DNA of 64,000 nucleotides, from IMG/VR virus record IMGVR_UViG_3300037067_018433; one strand, 5' to 3'. This DNA is from a virus (lineage: Duplodnaviria; Caudoviricetes). Positions 44,245-54,533 of the stretch are shown here, piece after piece. The notes beneath the pieces were generated by a model. It searched no databases. It was not told the DNA's origin and saw only the letters and a program-made list of their open reading frames with translations. Position 1 is the first letter of the stretch, and each line of letters opens with the position of its first letter. The position numbers were made by a program, and so were the translations under genes.

Positions 44245-46281
44245 ATGGAGCCTCTGTACTTGGAGAAGAAGTCGAGCGGTTTCAAGGTTGCTGTGGGGGC
44301 ACAGCTTCCTGTCAACGATGCAGAATGGCCTGCAGCGATACTGGGAGAGCTCTATAAACAAGCGCCGTACGTGGAGAATTTGTACCAAACCGAAATTCGC
44401 TTTGACGAGAAGGAGCCCGAGCGCGGGTACGCGTACGGCCGCATCCTCGTGTACAGCCGCACGAACCTTCCGCAGTCGGCGGCCTTCGGTCCGAAGGGCA
44501 AGGCGTCGGGCGTCCAGTACATCCAGATCCCGTTCATCGTGCGCGACTTCAAGGTGGCGCCGTTGGACCTGATCATGCTGGAGAACGGGGAGTTCCGGCC
44601 GCAGAACCGCAAGCGCCTGCGCGACGGCCTGTTCAAGCCCGGCGTGGCCGAGGGCACGGACATCGCCCGCTGGAACACGCTCATCAACATCGACCGCTAC
44701 CCGATGGGCATGGGTGGCCTGCCCCTCGACAGCCTGAACACCCAGATCCTGCCCTACGACAAGTTCGGCAGTGCGAAGACTGGCGAGCTGCTGGTGGACC
44801 TGGCGCCGCTCGACGCGTCGATCATGCTCAAGATCGCGGCGGCTCTCGACGATCCGTGGTGCCTCGACTGCCTCAAGAGCGAGGGGTACGCTGAGGTCCG
44901 CTCGTATCTGACCAAGGTCGCCGACCTGTCGACGGACGACGGTCGTCGGGATGCCGTGGCTCTGCACATCCCGCCCACGGTCATCCAGATCACACGCCTC
45001 CCGGGTGCCGTGTACCACGTCAAGCGCGCCAACGCCGAGGCCTTCGAGCCGGTGGAAGAGGACCTCGACCGGCAGCAGGCGACCGACACCCTGGGGCCGG
45101 ATGCGGTGAAGGCCGTGGACGAGACCGGGCTGGTCACGGTGTCCACCAGCCCCGTCGTGCGTACGGACTTGGTGGAGGAGAAGGTCGAGCCCATCAAGGA
45201 CTTCGGTCTGTACCGCGTCAAGACTCCGGATGGCCAGCAGCTGCTCGGGGTCGTGTTCCCGAAGATCGTCGACCTCGACGGCACCACGCTGCCGACCTCT
45301 GTCTTCAGCAACGGGTCCCAGAACGGCATCCAGAAGCAGATCGCCGGCGTGCGGGCCGGCGCGGTGACCGACCTGCCGACCGTGAGAGCGCCCAAGGGTC
45401 CTGGCGTGTTCTTCCGCCAGTCGGGCGCTGAGGTCTTGGCGCTCATGCCGCTGGTGGTTGAGAACGTGTCCGAGGACCCGGAAGGTACCCGAACGTACGA
45501 CGCGACCACCATGGCTGGGATGAAGGTGCGGCTGCACGCGACGCCCGGTGCTGTTGGTGTGGCCGAGGCCGGCGAGAACGAGTACATGATGCCCGGGGAC
45601 ATGAAGTTCATGCCGCTGCCCAACGAAGGGCACGTGGCGCTGGTCGAGGCGCCCGAGGACTTCGTGAAGCTGGGTCACGCCCGCCGCTCGAGCCTCAAGA
45701 TCGTGTACCATGGGGACGATCGGTACACGCTGGACGGCTGCGGCCTGGACAAGCTGGGGGCCCGCGCCCACCGGTACATCGCGCCGGAGGATGCGCTGTT
45801 CCTCATGTCGACCGTCGGCTTCCACCCGGAGTTCGCCGTCGCCAAGCTGGCTCGTGCGCGGGAGACAGGCGTCGTGACCGTGCCCAAGCTGCGGTCCATC
45901 ACGACGCTGTCGGAGAAGCTGGCGTACGCGCGCAAGAACCTGGCCGACCACGGCTACGAGAAGTGGGCGTCCCGCCTGCCGAAGCCGCAGTTCCTGGTCA
46001 AGGAAGCGCTACTGCTCAACGATCCCGCGTCGCTCGACAACATCCTCGGCCTCGGGTTCATCAACCCCCACAACATCTCGGTGTTCATCAGCTACATCCC
46101 GGAGCTGGAACGGACGCTGGGCAAGGTCTGTCAGATCCTGTTCACTGCGCGCCTGGGGGAGCCCGACGGTTCTGAGCTGGAGGCGGCGGCCGAGCGCGCC
46201 ATGCACGGACTGGAGAGCACCATTTCCGGGCTGGAGCTGGTAGGCCTGGAGATGCAGGGCGGGGACGATTCCGGCTCCTAG
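44245..46281 (+). CDS. large K-x-A-containing putative virion protein
   Basis: 678 aa; GGAGG SD; many K-x-A sites; LGLGFINP.N...F..YIP motif. Confidence 0.7.
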   Translation: MEPLYLEKKSSGFKVAVGAQLPVNDAEWPAAILGELYKQAPYVENLYQTEIRFDEKEPERGYAYGRILVYSRTNLPQSAAFGPKGKASGVQYIQIPFIVRDFKVAPLDLIMLENGEFRPQNRKRLRDGLFKPGVAEGTDIARWNTLINIDRYPMGMGGLPLDSLNTQILPYDKFGSAKTGELLVDLAPLDASIMLKIAAALDDPWCLDCLKSEGYAEVRSYLTKVADLSTDDGRRDAVALHIPPTVIQITRLPGAVYHVKRANAEAFEPVEEDLDRQQATDTLGPDAVKAVDETGLVTVSTSPVVRTDLVEEKVEPIKDFGLYRVKTPDGQQLLGVVFPKIVDLDGTTLPTSVFSNGSQNGIQKQIAGVRAGAVTDLPTVRAPKGPGVFFRQSGAEVLALMPLVVENVSEDPEGTRTYDATTMAGMKVRLHATPGAVGVAEAGENEYMMPGDMKFMPLPNEGHVALVEAPEDFVKLGHARRSSLKIVYHGDDRYTLDGCGLDKLGARAHRYIAPEDALFLMSTVGFHPEFAVAKLARARETGVVTVPKLRSITTLSEKLAYARKNLADHGYEKWASRLPKPQFLVKEALLLNDPASLDNILGLGFINPHNISVFISYIPELERTLGKVCQILFTARLGEPDGSELEAAAERAMHGLESTISGLELVGLEMQGGDDSGS

Positions 46282-46327
46282 CAGTTCCCCCCTTTTCTTT
46301 CCGTCCGATTTGCCGTACCTTTGGCCT

Positions 46328-47308
46328 GTGGCTCGACGCCCGAAAATGCGCGAGGAGAATTTCGACGCGTTCCTCGCGCCGCTGACCTTGTACTCTCGTA
46401 GCCCCGCCGAGTACTACATCAAGTACGTCCTGACCCACGACCTGCACGCGAACCTGGAGGATCTGACGCCCCGGTTGGAGGCCTTCGACTTGATGTTGCC
46501 GGCGGGGGCCCTGGTCTACGTCCGGCGGTTGGCCGAAGACCTCGAACAACGGATGCCGTCGCCGTTCGTGCCCAACGACGCGTCGAACATCCCCAGCCAG
46601 TACTTCCTCCACCAGCAGGGTGTCTGGGGAATGTGGCATCCAGATCAGGCACTCCGAGACGCGCAGTCGATCCAAAATGACCCAGTGCTCCGCGAGAAGG
46701 TGCGCGGCTTGTTGACCGCCGGCGTCCACTACCGCGACCTGGTCGCCGCCTTGAACCAGAAGGGCACACTTACCGCGACTGACCGAACCCTCGACTACTA
46801 CAAGCACTACTTCTGGAACCTGGAGCTCCTGACCATCGACGAGCGAGAGTCGCTGTTTCAGGATTACCGGGTGCCCACCGCCGTGCGCAGCGCATCGCGT
46901 TCGCGAACGTCAGGGGGTCGGGCCAAGGCGCTGAAGGACTATGGGCACGAGCCACGATCAGTCGATAAGCGTCAGGGCTTCGAGGAGCTGTTCAGCGCCG
47001 GGCACGGCGGACTGGAAGCAGCTACCATGATCCCCGACCCCCTTGAGCGCATGCAAGCAGTGGTGCAGAGCGGGCAGGCTATGATCATGGGGCATCGCGG
47101 CTTGTTGGAGCTTCAACAGCAGCAGAAGGACGCCATCGACGGGCTCCCGGTGGCCGAGACAGTACGAACCAAGCGCCTCGAACGTACCAGTTTCACCATG
47201 AAGGAGCTGTTGGAGAAAGGAAAAACCCCTCCGCTGCTCCCGGGGCGGTCGCTGACTCTTGTCGATGCCGAATACAAGGAGGTGAATAGTGGATCCAAAG
47301 CAGGCTGA
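46328..47308 (+). CDS. hypothetical protein upstream of TerL (TerS candidate)
   Basis: TACCTT-N6-GTG possible leaderless start; role inferred from position only. Confidence 0.55.
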   Translation: MARRPKMREENFDAFLAPLTLYSRSPAEYYIKYVLTHDLHANLEDLTPRLEAFDLMLPAGALVYVRRLAEDLEQRMPSPFVPNDASNIPSQYFLHQQGVWGMWHPDQALRDAQSIQNDPVLREKVRGLLTAGVHYRDLVAALNQKGTLTATDRTLDYYKHYFWNLELLTIDERESLFQDYRVPTAVRSASRSRTSGGRAKALKDYGHEPRSVDKRQGFEELFSAGHGGLEAATMIPDPLERMQAVVQSGQAMIMGHRGLLELQQQQKDAIDGLPVAETVRTKRLERTSFTMKELLEKGKTPPLLPGRSLTLVDAEYKEVNSGSKAG

Positions 47309-47969
47309 GCGCGCAATGGATTTCCGGCGCATCGGTGGGGCGGCGGCCCCCGACACGCACGTGGTGTTCGACGATCGGTTCTACCTCGAGTACCTGAGCG
47401 CCGACGGCACGGACACCGTGTACCACCTGTTTGCGCTGCCGGAGTACACGGGGCCCTGGGCGCCACCCGACGGCATGAACTGGATGCGTGCGTCGTTGGA
47501 GGCGTTCCGCGTGCGCGCCGCGCTGCCCTATGAAGGAAGCAGCGCCTGGTGCCACGCGCAGTGGGACAGCGAGCCGCTTCCAGAGATTGTCCACTATGCC
47601 GTTCGACGCGTGGACGACATGGTGGGGGACTGGTTGGTATCGTTGGACATCGGGCCCGAGCGCATCACCGGCGGCGCGCTGCTGAAGAAGATGCAGGAGA
47701 AGATGTTCCCCGGCCGCTCGTTCTTCGCCGCGCGCATGGCGCTGCTGGATCGCTTCCGTTCGCAGACTGTGCGCGAGGTGCTGGCCGCCTTGGGTCAGCC
47801 GCTACCCGACGGCGCGGACATCGACGAGGAGCTGAAGACACCGATGGCCGCGCTGTTCCCGCTGCACCCCGGCATGTGGTACGTGCGGTTCCGCGAGCTT
47901 CAGAACCGAGTGACCGACCACAAGTTGCTGGCCGAGTCGTTCCTCGGTAGCCTGGTTCGCAGTGCTTGA
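47289..47969 (+). CDS. hypothetical protein
   Basis: AAGGAGGT SD; overlaps the TerL start. Confidence 0.65.
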   Translation: MDPKQAERAMDFRRIGGAAAPDTHVVFDDRFYLEYLSADGTDTVYHLFALPEYTGPWAPPDGMNWMRASLEAFRVRAALPYEGSSAWCHAQWDSEPLPEIVHYAVRRVDDMVGDWLVSLDIGPERITGGALLKKMQEKMFPGRSFFAARMALLDRFRSQTVREVLAALGQPLPDGADIDEELKTPMAALFPLHPGMWYVRFRELQNRVTDHKLLAESFLGSLVRSA

Positions 47970-49740
47970 TCACGCTGAGTTCGTGCTAGACCAGCCCGAG
48001 CCTGTTCTGGGCTCGGAGGCCGACGTTCGGCGCTTTGCTGGAAAGCCGATGGAGCTCCTGCCGTCGGAGTTCGTGGAGCTCAACTTCGAGTTCCCGGGTT
48101 ACGGCGCGTTCAGTTTTGAGGGACGTGAGTATCTACGTCCCATCTACGACTCAGATGATCAACTGCAATTGGTAGTCAGCGGCCGTCAGTGCGAAAAGAG
48201 CACTTTGCGCGGCGATCAGTGCATCCACTTTGCGGTGACCTACCCGGGCATCCGCGAGATGTACGTCACGCCTTCCGACCGTCAGACCAAGGACTTCAGC
48301 TTCGAGCGGTTGCGCAGCCCGCTGCTCGACAGCCCGAAGCTAGCGCGCTACATCAAGTCGTCTCAGGACCTCAGCGTCTACGACCCCGTCCTCACCATCG
48401 GCAAATCGACATCCGTCATCAGCCTCCGCAGCTGCTTCCTGCACGCGGACCGCGTCCGTGGTCGACGCGCGGACGTCCTGTTCATCGACGAGCTGCAGGA
48501 CATCCTGGCCGAGAACATCCCGGTCATCGAGCAGTGCGTGTTCCACGGGCGCCCGGACCTCAAGCTGATCTACTACAGCGGCACGCCCAAGACGTTCGAC
48601 AACCCGCTCGAGACCATGTGGTCCCAGTCCTCCACCATGACCGAGCTGATGTTCCCCTGCCGGCACCACGGGCTTCCGGGGGAACCGTGGACATGGCACT
48701 GGTTCCACATCACCCATGAATGCCTAGGGGACAAGGGGCTGATCTGTCCGAAGTGCGGTAAGCCCGTCCAATGGAATGATCCGAACGCCGTGTGGGTGGA
48801 CACTGCGACCAACGCCGCGGATCGCGACAAGCGGCCGGTCAAGGCCTACCACATTCCACAACCCGTCACGCCCATGGCGCACGATCCTGAGGGCAAGGCA
48901 TGGCGCATCCTCAAGCGGCAGCAGAAGGAATACCCCGCCTACCGGTTCTTCAACGAGGTCATGGGCGTCAGCTACGACTTCGGAAAGCGTCCGCTCACAC
49001 CGGCGGAACTCGCGCGCTGCTGCTACCCGGCGTGGGAAATGCGCCCCGATCAGCTCACCCACATGATGCAGCTATCGGGTGAGTACCCGGTGTACGCGGG
49101 CATCGACTGGGGTGGGGAGGAGTACGCGTACACGGTCATCGCGCTGGGCACGTACGCGCTCAGCCCCGACCCCAACCGCTTCTTCCAGTTCTACTGGCAC
49201 CGCTTCAGCGGCAAGGAGACGAGCCGCGAGGAGCAGCTCGAGCAGCTCTACAACTTGATCAAGGCGTTCCGCGTCCGGTACACGGTCGCCGACTACGGCA
49301 TGGGGTACTACGAGAACGACTGGCTGGTCCGGCGGCTAGGCGCCAGGAAGTTCGCCAAGATGCAGTACCTCGGCAAGCAGCAGGGTAAGATCGTGTGGCG
49401 TCCCAAGATCGGCTGGTTCACGGCGTACAAGAGCGCGGTGGTCCAGGACTACCTGGCGGCCATCAAGAAGGAAAAGATCGTGTTCCCCGCCTGGTCCTCG
49501 TTCGGCGACCCGTTCGGCCAGGACATGCTCAACCTGCGCGGGGAGTGGAATGAACGCCGGCAGGAAATGATGTGGGGGCACGGTGCCCAGCAAGCGGTCG
49601 ACTCGTTCCACGCGTCGCTCTACTGTCTGACCGCGTCGCTGCGTGACCACCCACGCCCGGACATCACCCACCTCACGGTGGACGACACCATCGTTGATCC
49701 TGAAGCGCTGGGAGAAGAAGTACCCTTCCGGCAGGTCTAG
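47962..49740 (+). CDS. terL: terminase large subunit
   Basis: Walker A GRQCEKST, RVRG, Walker B FIDELQD, SGTP, nuclease GIDWG, DYGMG, DSFHA. Confidence 0.9.
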   Translation: MLDHAEFVLDQPEPVLGSEADVRRFAGKPMELLPSEFVELNFEFPGYGAFSFEGREYLRPIYDSDDQLQLVVSGRQCEKSTLRGDQCIHFAVTYPGIREMYVTPSDRQTKDFSFERLRSPLLDSPKLARYIKSSQDLSVYDPVLTIGKSTSVISLRSCFLHADRVRGRRADVLFIDELQDILAENIPVIEQCVFHGRPDLKLIYYSGTPKTFDNPLETMWSQSSTMTELMFPCRHHGLPGEPWTWHWFHITHECLGDKGLICPKCGKPVQWNDPNAVWVDTATNAADRDKRPVKAYHIPQPVTPMAHDPEGKAWRILKRQQKEYPAYRFFNEVMGVSYDFGKRPLTPAELARCCYPAWEMRPDQLTHMMQLSGEYPVYAGIDWGGEEYAYTVIALGTYALSPDPNRFFQFYWHRFSGKETSREEQLEQLYNLIKAFRVRYTVADYGMGYYENDWLVRRLGARKFAKMQYLGKQQGKIVWRPKIGWFTAYKSAVVQDYLAAIKKEKIVFPAWSSFGDPFGQDMLNLRGEWNERRQEMMWGHGAQQAVDSFHASLYCLTASLRDHPRPDITHLTVDDTIVDPEALGEEVPFRQV

Positions 49741-50522
49741 TCCTCGAGCGCCATCAGCACCTTGGCCGCGGTACTCGGGTCCCCTACCCGCCCGTCTTCC
49801 GCCGTGAACTGCTGAAGCTCGATCTCCTGGACGGTCATATCGGGGAACGTGAGCGCGTCGTGTACGATGCGATGGAAGTCCTCGTCCGGCGCGATGATCT
49901 TGATGTACACCATGACCGACCGCTGCAGAGCGTCGATGCACAGGGAGATGCGATGCACCAGCATCATCTCTTCTTCCCGGATGGGCATCCGATGGTGGGT
50001 CTTGAGCGCGTGCTGCATCTGTGAGGTAACGATCCAGAACGGGCGCCAGGGGTGCCGGTCCTCCTTGTGCAGCAGGTGCAGGGCGTGGAAGTCCTCGGCC
50101 GTCAGCCGTGCGATGACCACCAGCCAGTAGTCGACCATGCTCGCCTTCGGTGGCCGCTTGGCGTTGTACTTGTCGACCATGCTGCTGGCCTTGTCGTACA
50201 GACCAAGGAGCTCGTCATCGGTAGGTCTCCAGAACGCGTGGGCGATGCCCAGCATCTGGCTGAGATTGCGCAGCAGCCGGTGCAGCTGCCGCACCTCGAG
50301 CGTCAGCATTTCCACGCGCGCCGGCAGCGCGACGCCCGTCATGAACTCCTTCCGCGTGACCTGCGCTAGCCGTGTGATGCTATCGAGCGGGTAGTAGCGG
50401 TCCTTCCCCTGGGGAACAGGCGCGATGTCGAAGAGCACCAGCTGTTGGCGCAGCTTGGCGCGCTTCCAGCCCAGCAGCTCCATGGCCCGGTCTTCGGATA
50501 TCAGCTTCTTGAACTCGTCCAT
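49737..50522 (-). CDS. putative DNA-binding regulator (N-terminal MerR/Xis-like HTH)
   Basis: ISEDRAMELLGW...GKDRYYPLDSI, then coiled coil; stop overlaps the TerL stop. Confidence 0.5.
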   Translation of the reverse strand: MDEFKKLISEDRAMELLGWKRAKLRQQLVLFDIAPVPQGKDRYYPLDSITRLAQVTRKEFMTGVALPARVEMLTLEVRQLHRLLRNLSQMLGIAHAFWRPTDDELLGLYDKASSMVDKYNAKRPPKASMVDYWLVVIARLTAEDFHALHLLHKEDRHPWRPFWIVTSQMQHALKTHHRMPIREEEMMLVHRISLCIDALQRSVMVYIKIIAPDEDFHRIVHDALTFPDMTVQEIELQQFTAEDGRVGDPSTAAKVLMALED

Positions 50523-50615
50523 CTAACCCTCCAGTTTCCCTTGCCGATCGCCTTCATGCTAATCTGAGGTTAGGGTACCTGAACGGCGGGAGCCGTCAAG
50601 CACCTTGGAGAAGCG

Positions 50616-51455
50616 ATGCGGAGCCTGGCAACCACCCCTGACCTGCAGGCCGATGCCACGATCGACCCGCAGGAGCTTCGTGAACTGGGTGAGCGGGCGG
50701 CGCTGAAGTTCATGAACGACCACGCGCCCTTGGTAGAGGCCGTGGCCCGCACGCTGGAAGCCAGCGGGCGGACGTTCAACAAGCACCACGTGCAGCGGGT
50801 CGTGGAGTACGCGAACCTGCGCGCGTTTCGAGCGCTTCGCCAGCCTGGCCCTGGGGAGATCGGTAAGGTCGTCGAGTTCCCCGAGGGTCCGGCAACGGCT
50901 GTCGCGGTGATCGCCCGTCTGCGACACACGACGCCCACGGAGGAGAAGATGGGATCTCTTGCGCACCTCGTTTCGCCCCCGACGGGCATGGCCAAGCTGG
51001 CGGAGGCCGAGCGTTGCGGCTCCATGTACGGCTTCATGCTGAACATGCGGGACGCGGCAGACGCCTGCCGCTCGGAGGCCGTTGTGCTCCAGCACAAGAT
51101 GGCGGCCGTCCAGTCGGACATCTGCCGACACGCCGAGTACGTGCTGCGCAACGGCGCTGAGCTGGGCGACGTGCACGCGGCGTTGGCCGCCGGATGCCCC
51201 AACAAGCCGGTGATGCTCAAGATCGCCATGGACCTCGTCCTGGCGAAGGCCGCGCCACGCGCCGGTCTGTACGGCGAGGAGGGGGCTGCATCGATGGAGA
51301 AGCGTGCGTCGGGCACCCCCAACCCGAACCACCCGCTGGTGACGAAGATGGCGGAGATGGTGTCGCTCTACGACCAGCTGAGCGTCAAGAGCCGCGCCGC
51401 TGAGATCCTCGACGAGCAGCGTCGGAACCTCTACCGGTCCGCAGTGGGAGGTTGA
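50616..51455 (+). CDS. K-x-A-rich putative head protein
   Basis: KLA, KMA, KIA, KAA, KRA, KMA; RVVEYAN motif; TGnTAATCT upstream. Confidence 0.65.
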   Translation: MRSLATTPDLQADATIDPQELRELGERAALKFMNDHAPLVEAVARTLEASGRTFNKHHVQRVVEYANLRAFRALRQPGPGEIGKVVEFPEGPATAVAVIARLRHTTPTEEKMGSLAHLVSPPTGMAKLAEAERCGSMYGFMLNMRDAADACRSEAVVLQHKMAAVQSDICRHAEYVLRNGAELGDVHAALAAGCPNKPVMLKIAMDLVLAKAAPRAGLYGEEGAASMEKRASGTPNPNHPLVTKMAEMVSLYDQLSVKSRAAEILDEQRRNLYRSAVGG

Positions 51456-51457
51456 TC

Positions 51458-51907
51458 ATGGTAGCGCAGACCCTGTCCCAGCGACTCCCCAACCTCATCG
51501 GTCAGGCCGCGGCGCTGGCTGGCATCACGGTGGGCGCCGAGTACGCCGCCGGCCTGATGCGCCGGTCCATCAGCGCCATCAGCTACAACAACGACTTCCG
51601 TCGGGTGCTGGACGCCAGCCCCGACCTCAAGACCCGCGACAGCCAGCAGGTGATGGACCGCTTCCGCATCCTGGCGACGCTGGCCCCCACGCTGTCCAAG
51701 GACCCCACCATCGCCGCCGGCTGGATCCGCCAGACGCTGGAGTTCCCGGTCATCACGCCGACGGTGCTGAAGGACCTGGTGTCGGTGGAGGAGTCGGCGC
51801 GCGGTCTGCGCGGCGGGAGCATGGGCAACGTCAGCGTTCCTCAGATCATGGCGCAGCACATGTCCAAGGGTATGCAGAGCGGCCGGGGCGACGACCGAGG
51901 CTACTGA
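51458..51907 (+). CDS. hypothetical virion-module protein
   Basis: GGAGG SD; LAPTLSKDP motif. Confidence 0.65.
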   Translation: MVAQTLSQRLPNLIGQAAALAGITVGAEYAAGLMRRSISAISYNNDFRRVLDASPDLKTRDSQQVMDRFRILATLAPTLSKDPTIAAGWIRQTLEFPVITPTVLKDLVSVEESARGLRGGSMGNVSVPQIMAQHMSKGMQSGRGDDRGY

Positions 51908-53547
51908 TGATCGAGAAGCTGGCCTTCATCCCGGAAGTCGACGAGTTCGGGTTCGAGCGCGTGGTGCCGTTCGGCACACACGGCAACGGCCTGGAGAAGG
52001 TGGCGTCGCTTCCAGATGGTGTCCAGAAATACGCGGACAAGTTCAAGCCGGAGCATGGGGAGCTTGGTCTTCTGATCACAGCAATGGGTGGTCTGGAGTG
52101 CTGGGGCCCGAACTCGAACTCCGATGGATTCACGAAGAGCTCACTCCTCCACCTGCCCTCCGATTGGGCCGACGAACCTGAGCACGATCGTACAGTCTCA
52201 GCAGGGTGGGCTTGGGGCATCCCCACGTTCTATGGAGCCAAGCTGTTCGCCCATCACCGGAACAAGAAGGATGATCAGTCCGTCGGTGACGTGGGGTACG
52301 TGGCGTGGGACCCGAAGATGCAGTGGGTGCTGCTCGCTGTACTCATCGACCCGGAGCGCGCCAAGAAGCGGGGTGGGGACTGGATGCTGGATCGTGTGGG
52401 CCAAGGTCGACCGATCCCATTCAGTATGGGGTGCCGCGTACCCTTCGACGTGCTCTCCACGAGCTCCGACTGGGGCGAGTACGAGAAGGCGCTGGCCACG
52501 TACGACCCAGCCAAGCACAAGCTGCCGGCGGACGCCATCCTCCACTACCACGACCACATCAAGCACATCTACGGGCTCAGCCGGACGCGCAAGGACTACA
52601 CCGACGAGATGCTGTTCCACGCCAACGAGGTCCGGCGTGATGGACGGAAGATCTACGTCGAGAACCCCTACCCCTTCTTCTTCGATATCTCCGCCGTCGG
52701 GGTCCCGGCCGACCAGACGGCGTGGGCCATGATGAAGCTCGGGTCGCGCTGTGCGATCACGGGCACCAAATGCGCCGGGCAGTGCGGCGCCGGCACCTGC
52801 CAGCAGTACACACTGCCCGGCGCCATCCTGGAGGAGCGATTCGACATGCTCATGGACAAGGCGGCGTCCCTGCATACGGCGTCCTTGGGCAAGGGCGCCG
52901 TCGTTCGCAAGGGCGCGGACATCGAGAAGCAGGTCTCTCCCCAGATGCAGCAACAGACGCCGCTGAAGGACGACGAACCAGAGCTGCCCAAGGGGTTGCT
53001 GGATCGTATGGGGGACAAGCCCCTGTCCCACAGCCTGTCGACCCCCACGTGCATGGGCATGCTGCTCAAGCCTCGGGAGTTCCGGCGCGTCGTCCTCATC
53101 CGCATGGGGAAGAAGGGGCTGGCCGACAAGCTGGACCACGAGGGCGCCGACCTCCCGGCTTCCATCGACGAAGAGTCCCCTGGTACGATGGGAATCGATG
53201 CGTTCGACGACGACCTGGCGAAGATGCTGGAACCGATGCTCGGCGAGAGGAGCTGGTTGGGCCCCATGGCAGTGAAGAAGATCCACATCACCATCATGCG
53301 CGGTGGCCCGTCGGGTGACGAGCCCGAGGTTCAGCGCAAGGTGGCGGCCCTGTACAACGGCTACCGCAAGCAGGCTTCCGCCCTGATCGAGAGGGCGCCC
53401 GTGGTGCTGTCCCGTCGACCGAGCCTGCGGGCCAGCGTCTATGGGTTCGGGGACCTGACGAAGCACGGGGGCATCCAGATCAACGGCTCGCTGACTCCGC
53501 TGGTGACCAGCAAGACGCGCGACTACTTCCGCGCCGCGTACGTGTAG
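51907..53547 (+). CDS. prohead maturation protease (serine)
   Basis: GPNSNSDGF, FAHHRN (His), FSMGC (Ser), FFDIS.V..PAD motifs; upstream of scaffold-like genes and MCP. Confidence 0.7.
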   Translation: MIEKLAFIPEVDEFGFERVVPFGTHGNGLEKVASLPDGVQKYADKFKPEHGELGLLITAMGGLECWGPNSNSDGFTKSSLLHLPSDWADEPEHDRTVSAGWAWGIPTFYGAKLFAHHRNKKDDQSVGDVGYVAWDPKMQWVLLAVLIDPERAKKRGGDWMLDRVGQGRPIPFSMGCRVPFDVLSTSSDWGEYEKALATYDPAKHKLPADAILHYHDHIKHIYGLSRTRKDYTDEMLFHANEVRRDGRKIYVENPYPFFFDISAVGVPADQTAWAMMKLGSRCAITGTKCAGQCGAGTCQQYTLPGAILEERFDMLMDKAASLHTASLGKGAVVRKGADIEKQVSPQMQQQTPLKDDEPELPKGLLDRMGDKPLSHSLSTPTCMGMLLKPREFRRVVLIRMGKKGLADKLDHEGADLPASIDEESPGTMGIDAFDDDLAKMLEPMLGERSWLGPMAVKKIHITIMRGGPSGDEPEVQRKVAALYNGYRKQASALIERAPVVLSRRPSLRASVYGFGDLTKHGGIQINGSLTPLVTSKTRDYFRAAYV

Positions 53548-53556
53548 GAGGATCCG

Positions 53557-54483
53557 ATGAGTGATCAGCAGCATCTGCAGCGCGCGGCACGTGACCTGGT
53601 CCTCGACCACCTCATCGCGCCGGATCTCGACCCCGCCCAGATGTCGGACGAGAAGCTGGCGTCGCTCTACGACCAGCTGATGGACGTGCCTGGTGCGGTG
53701 AAGGTGGCGTCCGACGAGGCAGCTGCGCTGGCCGCGGACCCCCAGGTCCTCGACGTGGCGAAGGTAGCGGAGGTCGACATCCTCGGACGCACCGCGGCCC
53801 ACGCGTACGCCAACACCTTCTTCAAGGGCCTGGACAAGTACGCGCAGGGGCTCGAGGGGATCCGCGCCCGCCTGATGGGCACGTCACCCGAGGAGCGGTT
53901 GGAACGCGAGCGCGCCCGCCGCGAGCAGGAGCTGAGCCTCAAGCCGCGCGAAGTGAGCCTGAGCCTCGGGGCACGCGGCGCCGGCGGCAGCCTCGACACG
54001 GATCTCGCGCTCCAGGGTCTCGGGGTGACGGAGGCAACCCAGCGCCAGGAGCTGGCCAACCAGCTGCGCAAGTTGCAGCTTGGTGATCAGTACGCGCGTC
54101 GTGAACGTGAGGAGCGCCTCTTCCAGCAGCTGCACGGGGAGAACCAGGTGGCGGGTCCCCTGACGCATGCGCTGGCCGGTGGTGCGCTTGGCGGGATGGC
54201 GGGGAGCACGGGCCGCTCCATGACCGGGGGTCTGGCGGACGCCATGAAGACGCTGGGCGTCGGTGGTGGGCTGGGCGCGCGTGCGCGTTCCGCGATGATG
54301 CAGGGCGCCGAGGGCATGGGGAAGTTGAAGCTCCCCGGCATCCGCGGTGGAGCAACGGCCGGTCTGGGTGTGTACCTCGCCCGCAAGCTGCTCACGAACC
54401 CGAATCCCGCGACGCGTCCCGTCACGCGTCTGGAGCGCGAGCGGTACATCCCGGGGTCGATGCAAGCGGACGTTCAGCCGTAG
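53557..54483 (+). CDS. putative internal head protein (tagged N-domain + glycine zipper)
   Basis: KVAEVDILGRTAAHAY...KYA; C-terminal AGGALGGMAG. Confidence 0.6.
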   Translation: MSDQQHLQRAARDLVLDHLIAPDLDPAQMSDEKLASLYDQLMDVPGAVKVASDEAAALAADPQVLDVAKVAEVDILGRTAAHAYANTFFKGLDKYAQGLEGIRARLMGTSPEERLERERARREQELSLKPREVSLSLGARGAGGSLDTDLALQGLGVTEATQRQELANQLRKLQLGDQYARREREERLFQQLHGENQVAGPLTHALAGGALGGMAGSTGRSMTGGLADAMKTLGVGGGLGARARSAMMQGAEGMGKLKLPGIRGGATAGLGVYLARKLLTNPNPATRPVTRLERERYIPGSMQADVQP

Positions 54484-54533
54484 CGCTTCCTACGGAGGTC
54501 GGTGTTTCTGTACTCTGGGGATAGGAGCTGCTG

